Part shown: positions 60,047-64,000 of the stretch, piece after piece
Layout: each line of letters begins with the position of its first letter
Position numbering within the stretch: the first letter of the stretch is position 1
NCBI GenBank assembly: GCA_902610115.1
Contig: CACLUK010000004.1
Coordinates: 515-64,514, forward strand
From: an uncultured Pelagibacteraceae bacterium
Lineage (GTDB): Bacteria; Pseudomonadota; Alphaproteobacteria; Pelagibacterales; Pelagibacteraceae
DNA length: 64,000 nucleotides
Direction of reading: 5' to 3'
Program-made: the position numbers and the translations under genes
Notes under the pieces: generated by a model
The model's database searches: none
What the model saw: only the letters and a program-made list of their open reading frames with translations
Told to the model about the DNA's origin: nothing

Positions 60047-62599
60047 ATGAAAAAGAAAATCATAATTACAGGTGGATTAGGATATATAGGTACAGAATTA
60101 TGTAGATTGTATTCAGGCGTAAGTTGGCATCATAATATTTTGGTGGTTGATAATAGATTTATATCTGAAAGAGTAAATCAAATTAGAAATTGGAATATGG
60201 AATTTATTCATGGAGATATTTTGAATAAAGACTTAGTTAATAAATATTTTAAGAACGCGGATGTTGTACATCACTTGGCTGGAATAACTTCAGTACCAAG
60301 AACCAAAAGTGAGTCTTCAAAAGAAATAGATGATAAAATAAAATTAGTAGCTGTAGAGGGCACACAAAATATTTTAGATGCAATAAGCAATGAATGTAAG
60401 TTAATTTTTCCCTCTACTCATGTCGTGTACGAGGGAATATCTGAAGTCAAAAAAGACATTAAAGAGGATGAAGCTACCTTACCAGTTTTATCATACTCAC
60501 TATCTAAAGCTGAAAACGAAAAACAATTGAAAGAGTCTGGTAAAAATTATGTAATCCTAAGATTAGGATCTGTATATGGATACTCAAACGATACAATGCG
60601 AATAGATATTATGCCTAATTTATTTTCTAAAATTGCATCTCAAAATGGAACAATTAAATTGTTTGCAGCTGGCAGACAAATAAAAAGTTTGGTTCCTCTG
60701 GTTGACGTCGCAAGATGTTTTAAGTTTATTGAGGAAAGTGATCAAATAAAGTCTGATTTATTCAACTTAACAAAAGATACTTTAACAGTAAAAGAGGTAG
60801 CGGAAATTTGTAAAAAACATAACCCAAAAATCCATCTAAGGGAAACCAACGATGAAATTCCAAATTTGGGTTTTTCTTTGTCAAACAAGAAGATATTAAA
60901 AACGGGATTTAAATTTCTTTATAATATTGATCAAAATATAAAAGAAATGATTGATAAGTGGTCAAAACAAAATTTAATAAAAGATCTGGAGTATATAAGA
61001 GATGGTGAGAATTTGTTTATCGATAATAGAGGTAAAATAAGTAACCATGAGCTTACAGAGCCAATCAATTTAATTGGACTAATAGATTCGAAAAAAGGAA
61101 CTATCAGAGCAAACCATTATCACCCACAACAAGAACAAAAATGTTTATTCACTAAAGGGCAAATCATAGAAATTTTTCAAGATGTAATAAATCCAGACTC
61201 CCCAAAAGTAACCCAGGTAGTGAATGAAGGACAGCTTTCAATTATAAAACCTAATGTTGCTCATACAATGGTTTTTACAAAAGACACTACTTTCTTAAAT
61301 TTAGTGAGAGGAGAGAGGGACCATGAAAATTATGGCATAACCCATACTGTAAAGCACGTTTTTGTAGATGAAAAAGAAAAAAATTTATTATTATCTTGTT
61401 ATAAATTTAATTGCAGATCCTGTGGAAATGGAGAATTAAAAAGAGTTGTATCTTTAGGTTATCATCCATTAGCAAATAATCTTCTTAAGAAACAAAATGA
61501 AAAATGCGAATTGTATCCTCTTGAAGTAAATTATTGTAGCAAATGTCATAACTGCCAATTATCTGTCTCTGTTGATCCAAAAAAAATGTTTTCCAAATAC
61601 CTTTATACTTCTTCAACTTCAAAAGTATTTAGAGAACATTTTGTCAAAGCATCAAAAAAATATATTAAGGATTTAAAATTAAATAAAAAATCTTATATTA
61701 TTGATGTTGGAAGTAATGATGGTGTTGCTTTAAAACCATTTTTAGATCAAGGCTTTAAAAGACTACTTGGCGTAGAACCAGCAAAAAATTTAGCTAAATT
61801 GGCAAATAAAAATGGAGTTAAAACTTTTAATGGTTTCTTAGACAAAAAAAATATTAAAAAGATAAAAAAAGGTGCAGATTTGATTTTAGCCTCAAATGTT
61901 TTTGCACACTCTGATAAATTACATGAAATGGCGGAGTGTATGCTTAAACTTCTTAGTAAAAAAGGCACAATTATTATTGAGGTTCAATACTTAATGAATA
62001 CATTGAAAGATCTTACATTTGATAATATTTACCATGAGCATTACAACTATTGGTCTCTTACTTCACTTACTAATTTTTTTGAAAAATTTGATAGTAAAAT
62101 ATTTAGATCAGAAAAAGTCGATACTCATGGTGGTTCAATAAGAGTTTATATTAAAAAAGGCAAAAATACTAAAATTGAAAAAAGCGTGAAGCAAATGCTC
62201 AAAGAGGAGGAAAAATTTGGAATTAAGAAATTTGAAACATACAAAAAATTTGGTGAAAAAGTTTACGAAATTAGAGAAAATGTGAGAAAAAATATAAAAA
62301 AAATTAGTAAAGAAAATAAATTAATTATAGGTTATGGTGCACCCGCAAAAGCAACTACAGCTTTAAATTTTTTTGGAATTTCAAAAGAAATAGATTTTAT
62401 AGTAGAAGACAATCCATTAAAACATAATAAATTTATTCCAGGAGTAAAAATTCCTATTAAAAATAAATCTCAAATTAAAAATAGAAAAAATACATTAATT
62501 GTTTTAGCCTGGAACTTTTATGCAGATATTAAAAAAAATAATACTAAACTCTCAGAAAATTTTATTAATATAAAAGATTTAGAAATTATTAATAAGTGA
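60047..62599 (+). CDS. Tri-domain nucleotide-sugar enzyme: extended SDR + cupin + Zn/SAM NDP-sugar C-methyltransferase
   Basis: SDR: GGLGYIG, HLAG, ST, YSLSK. Cupin: DNRG, RANHYH, PNVAH. C-methyltransferase: CRSC/CSKC, DVGSNDG, NVFAH, FDNIYHEH, THGGS, GYGAPAK, LAWNF. Confidence 0.85.
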   Translation: MKKKIIITGGLGYIGTELCRLYSGVSWHHNILVVDNRFISERVNQIRNWNMEFIHGDILNKDLVNKYFKNADVVHHLAGITSVPRTKSESSKEIDDKIKLVAVEGTQNILDAISNECKLIFPSTHVVYEGISEVKKDIKEDEATLPVLSYSLSKAENEKQLKESGKNYVILRLGSVYGYSNDTMRIDIMPNLFSKIASQNGTIKLFAAGRQIKSLVPLVDVARCFKFIEESDQIKSDLFNLTKDTLTVKEVAEICKKHNPKIHLRETNDEIPNLGFSLSNKKILKTGFKFLYNIDQNIKEMIDKWSKQNLIKDLEYIRDGENLFIDNRGKISNHELTEPINLIGLIDSKKGTIRANHYHPQQEQKCLFTKGQIIEIFQDVINPDSPKVTQVVNEGQLSIIKPNVAHTMVFTKDTTFLNLVRGERDHENYGITHTVKHVFVDEKEKNLLLSCYKFNCRSCGNGELKRVVSLGYHPLANNLLKKQNEKCELYPLEVNYCSKCHNCQLSVSVDPKKMFSKYLYTSSTSKVFREHFVKASKKYIKDLKLNKKSYIIDVGSNDGVALKPFLDQGFKRLLGVEPAKNLAKLANKNGVKTFNGFLDKKNIKKIKKGADLILASNVFAHSDKLHEMAECMLKLLSKKGTIIIEVQYLMNTLKDLTFDNIYHEHYNYWSLTSLTNFFEKFDSKIFRSEKVDTHGGSIRVYIKKGKNTKIEKSVKQMLKEEEKFGIKKFETYKKFGEKVYEIRENVRKNIKKISKENKLIIGYGAPAKATTALNFFGISKEIDFIVEDNPLKHNKFIPGVKIPIKNKSQIKNRKNTLIVLAWNFYADIKKNNTKLSENFINIKDLEIINK

Positions 62600-63119
62600 T
62601 TAGATTTTTCCAAATTTCAAAAATATTTCTAATACTTTCAAAAAAATAATTCAAATAGTATTCTGATGCTGGTATATTTGAGACTATAAATCCCTGGGAA
62701 AAATATAAAATTCGTGACAAAGCAATCACGAAAAAAATCAGTAAAATAAGAGAGTTATAAAATCCAAAAGAAATATCTCCTTTTTCTTTTTTAATAACCT
62801 TTTTTGTAGGTTGTGAGTCTTCAATTTTGATGCCATGCTTTTTTGCTAAATATTCGGGTGAGTACAAACTGATTTCTCTTTGTTTTTTTGGAGTAGTTTT
62901 TTTAACTTTTTTCGGTTTTTGTATTTTTTGTTGAACCGGCTGAGGTTTTGAGACTATTTTTTGTGGTTGAGAAATTGTTTGAGGATTTTTAACTTCACCT
63001 ACAGGAAATTGTTTCCATTTTAATCCACAAAAACCACACTGAACCAGTCTGCCAGATAATGGAATCGAGTTATCTGGAAGTGTAAATTTTTTTTCACCAC
63101 AATTACAAGTTATAATCAT
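62589..63119 (-). CDS. MJ0042-type zinc-ribbon membrane protein (ZitP-like N-terminus)
   Basis: MIITCNC...F......IP..GR.VQC..C...W, Pro/Lys/Gln linker, C-terminal TM helix. Confidence 0.75.
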   Translation of the reverse strand: MIITCNCGEKKFTLPDNSIPLSGRLVQCGFCGLKWKQFPVGEVKNPQTISQPQKIVSKPQPVQQKIQKPKKVKKTTPKKQREISLYSPEYLAKKHGIKIEDSQPTKKVIKKEKGDISFGFYNSLILLIFFVIALSRILYFSQGFIVSNIPASEYYLNYFFESIRNIFEIWKNLITY

Positions 63120-63219
63120 AATATTTCAATAATACTGCTATTTATATAAATTACACGAAAAATTAAATACTTTTTTACTTTATAAAATTTTTATTGTATA
63201 CCTCGGTTTTATTTAATTT

Positions 63220-63295
63220 GGGCGGTTAGCTCAGTTGGTAGAGCATCTCGTTTACACCGAGAGGGTCATAGGTTCGAGTCCTTTACCGCCCACCA
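63220..63295 (+). tRNA. tRNA-Val (anticodon TAC)
   Basis: Acceptor stem GGGCGGT/ACCGCCC, anticodon arm TCTCG-TTTACAC-CGAGA, encoded CCA. Confidence 0.96.
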
Positions 63296-63304
63296 TTAAA
63301 TAAT

Positions 63305-63382
63305 GGGGGTGTAGCTCAGTTTGGTTAGAGCGCCTGCCTGTCACGCAGGAGGTCGCGGGTTCGAGTCCCGTCACTCCCGCCA
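63305..63382 (+). tRNA. tRNA-Asp (anticodon GTC)
   Basis: Acceptor stem GGGGGTG/CACTCCC, G73, anticodon arm CCTGC-CTGTCAC-GCAGG, encoded CCA. Confidence 0.96.
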
Positions 63383-63547
63383 CCAGTTGATAATCATTTT
63401 CATCTAAAAAGTTTAAAATCAACATTTATTCGTCAACAGAAATGCTTCCTTCTGTCCTGTACTCTTTAAAGATAAATGCTATAAATAAACATTATTAATA
63501 TAAGAATCCTTAAACCACGGTATTGAGGTAGATATTAATAAAAAAAC

Positions 63548-63916
63548 ATGATTTACAATTTTTTATCAGACTATTTATCAATTATAATATTTTTATTTAT
63601 AGCTTTATTCTTAAGCACAGGTTTTATTTTAGCCAATTATTTTGCTTCACCCTCAAATCCTGATCCTGAAAAATTGTCCGCATACGAATGTGGATTTGAG
63701 GCATTTGATGACTCGAGGATGGAATTTGATGTCCGATTTTATTTAGTTGCAATTTTATTCATAATTTTTGATCTTGAAATTGCATTTCTTTTTCCCTGGG
63801 CAATTTCGCTTGGAAGCTTAGGCGCACTTGGTTTTTGGTCGATGATGGTCTTTTTAGGAGTTCTTACAATTGGATTTATTTATGAGTGGAAAAAAGGAGC
63901 TTTGGAATGGGAATAA
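63548..63916 (+). CDS. nuoA: NADH-quinone oxidoreductase subunit A
   Basis: [33 protein letters not shown]. Confidence 0.97.
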   Translation: MIYNFLSDYLSIIIFLFIALFLSTGFILANYFASPSNPDPEKLSAYECGFEAFDDSRMEFDVRFYLVAILFIIFDLEIAFLFPWAISLGSLGALGFWSMMVFLGVLTIGFIYEWKKGALEWE

Positions 63917-64000
63917 AATTTAGTTTAAATCCAGAAAAAGAAAATAAAATTCCGGAAGAGTTTAAAGATCTAGCAAAAGATTTTGCTGAAAAGGGTTTCA
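63907..64000 (+). CDS. nuoB: NADH-quinone oxidoreductase subunit B, 5' part (truncated by the window edge)
   Basis: ATG 63907 overlaps the nuoA end; MGIKF...DFAEKGF resembles an alphaproteobacterial NuoB N-terminus; operon order. Confidence 0.75.
   Translation, partial: MGIKFSLNPEKENKIPEEFKDLAKDFAEKGF

Noticed and set aside
59092-63385. tRNA-integrated genomic island or prophage
   Set aside because: No integrase and no duplicated tRNA 3' end; the block lies upstream of the tRNAs rather than at their 3' ends.
1-64000. CRISPR arrays, IS elements, rRNA, toxin-antitoxin or defence systems
   Set aside because: No repeat-spacer periodicity, transposase, rRNA-like GC-rich tract or recognisable defence domains; nearly all bases are assigned to identified genes.

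Overview
A very AT-rich, densely packed alphaproteobacterial chromosome segment. Gene content, order and streamlining point to Pelagibacterales (SAR11); this assignment is inferred, not searched. Nearly all of it is core genome: guaA-panB-YfgM-like-BamB-like; purF-cvpA-MMPL-dnaB-rplI-rpsR-rpsF; fabD-fabG-acpP-gmk; rsmA-pdxA-surA-lptDGF; pepA-ndk; purNM; hdaA-aspS; accCB-aroQ; thiSG; rne; PBP1A-prfB (programmed +1 frameshift)-AsmA-like; tyrS/anmK; iscR-sufBCDSUTA; glnA; tRNA-Leu-tig-clpP-clpX-lon; tRNA-Val-tRNA-Asp-nuoA-nuoB. I found no mobile elements, CRISPR arrays or rRNA. The most notable items are: (1) a glycan module between lon and tRNA-Val, made of an 850-aa SDR reductase + cupin + Zn/SAM sugar C-methyltransferase fusion divergently paired with a GT17 (GnT-III-like) glycosyltransferase; (2) an intact stand-alone C-terminal (TSCPD-like) remnant of the B12-dependent ribonucleotide reductase NrdJ with a new N-terminus and no redox cysteines, next to a strong palindrome; (3) an RNase E with no cysteines (Zn-link lost); (4) a prfB frameshift site with the non-canonical context UGA-A; (5) convergent genes that almost all overlap, leaving no room for terminators.
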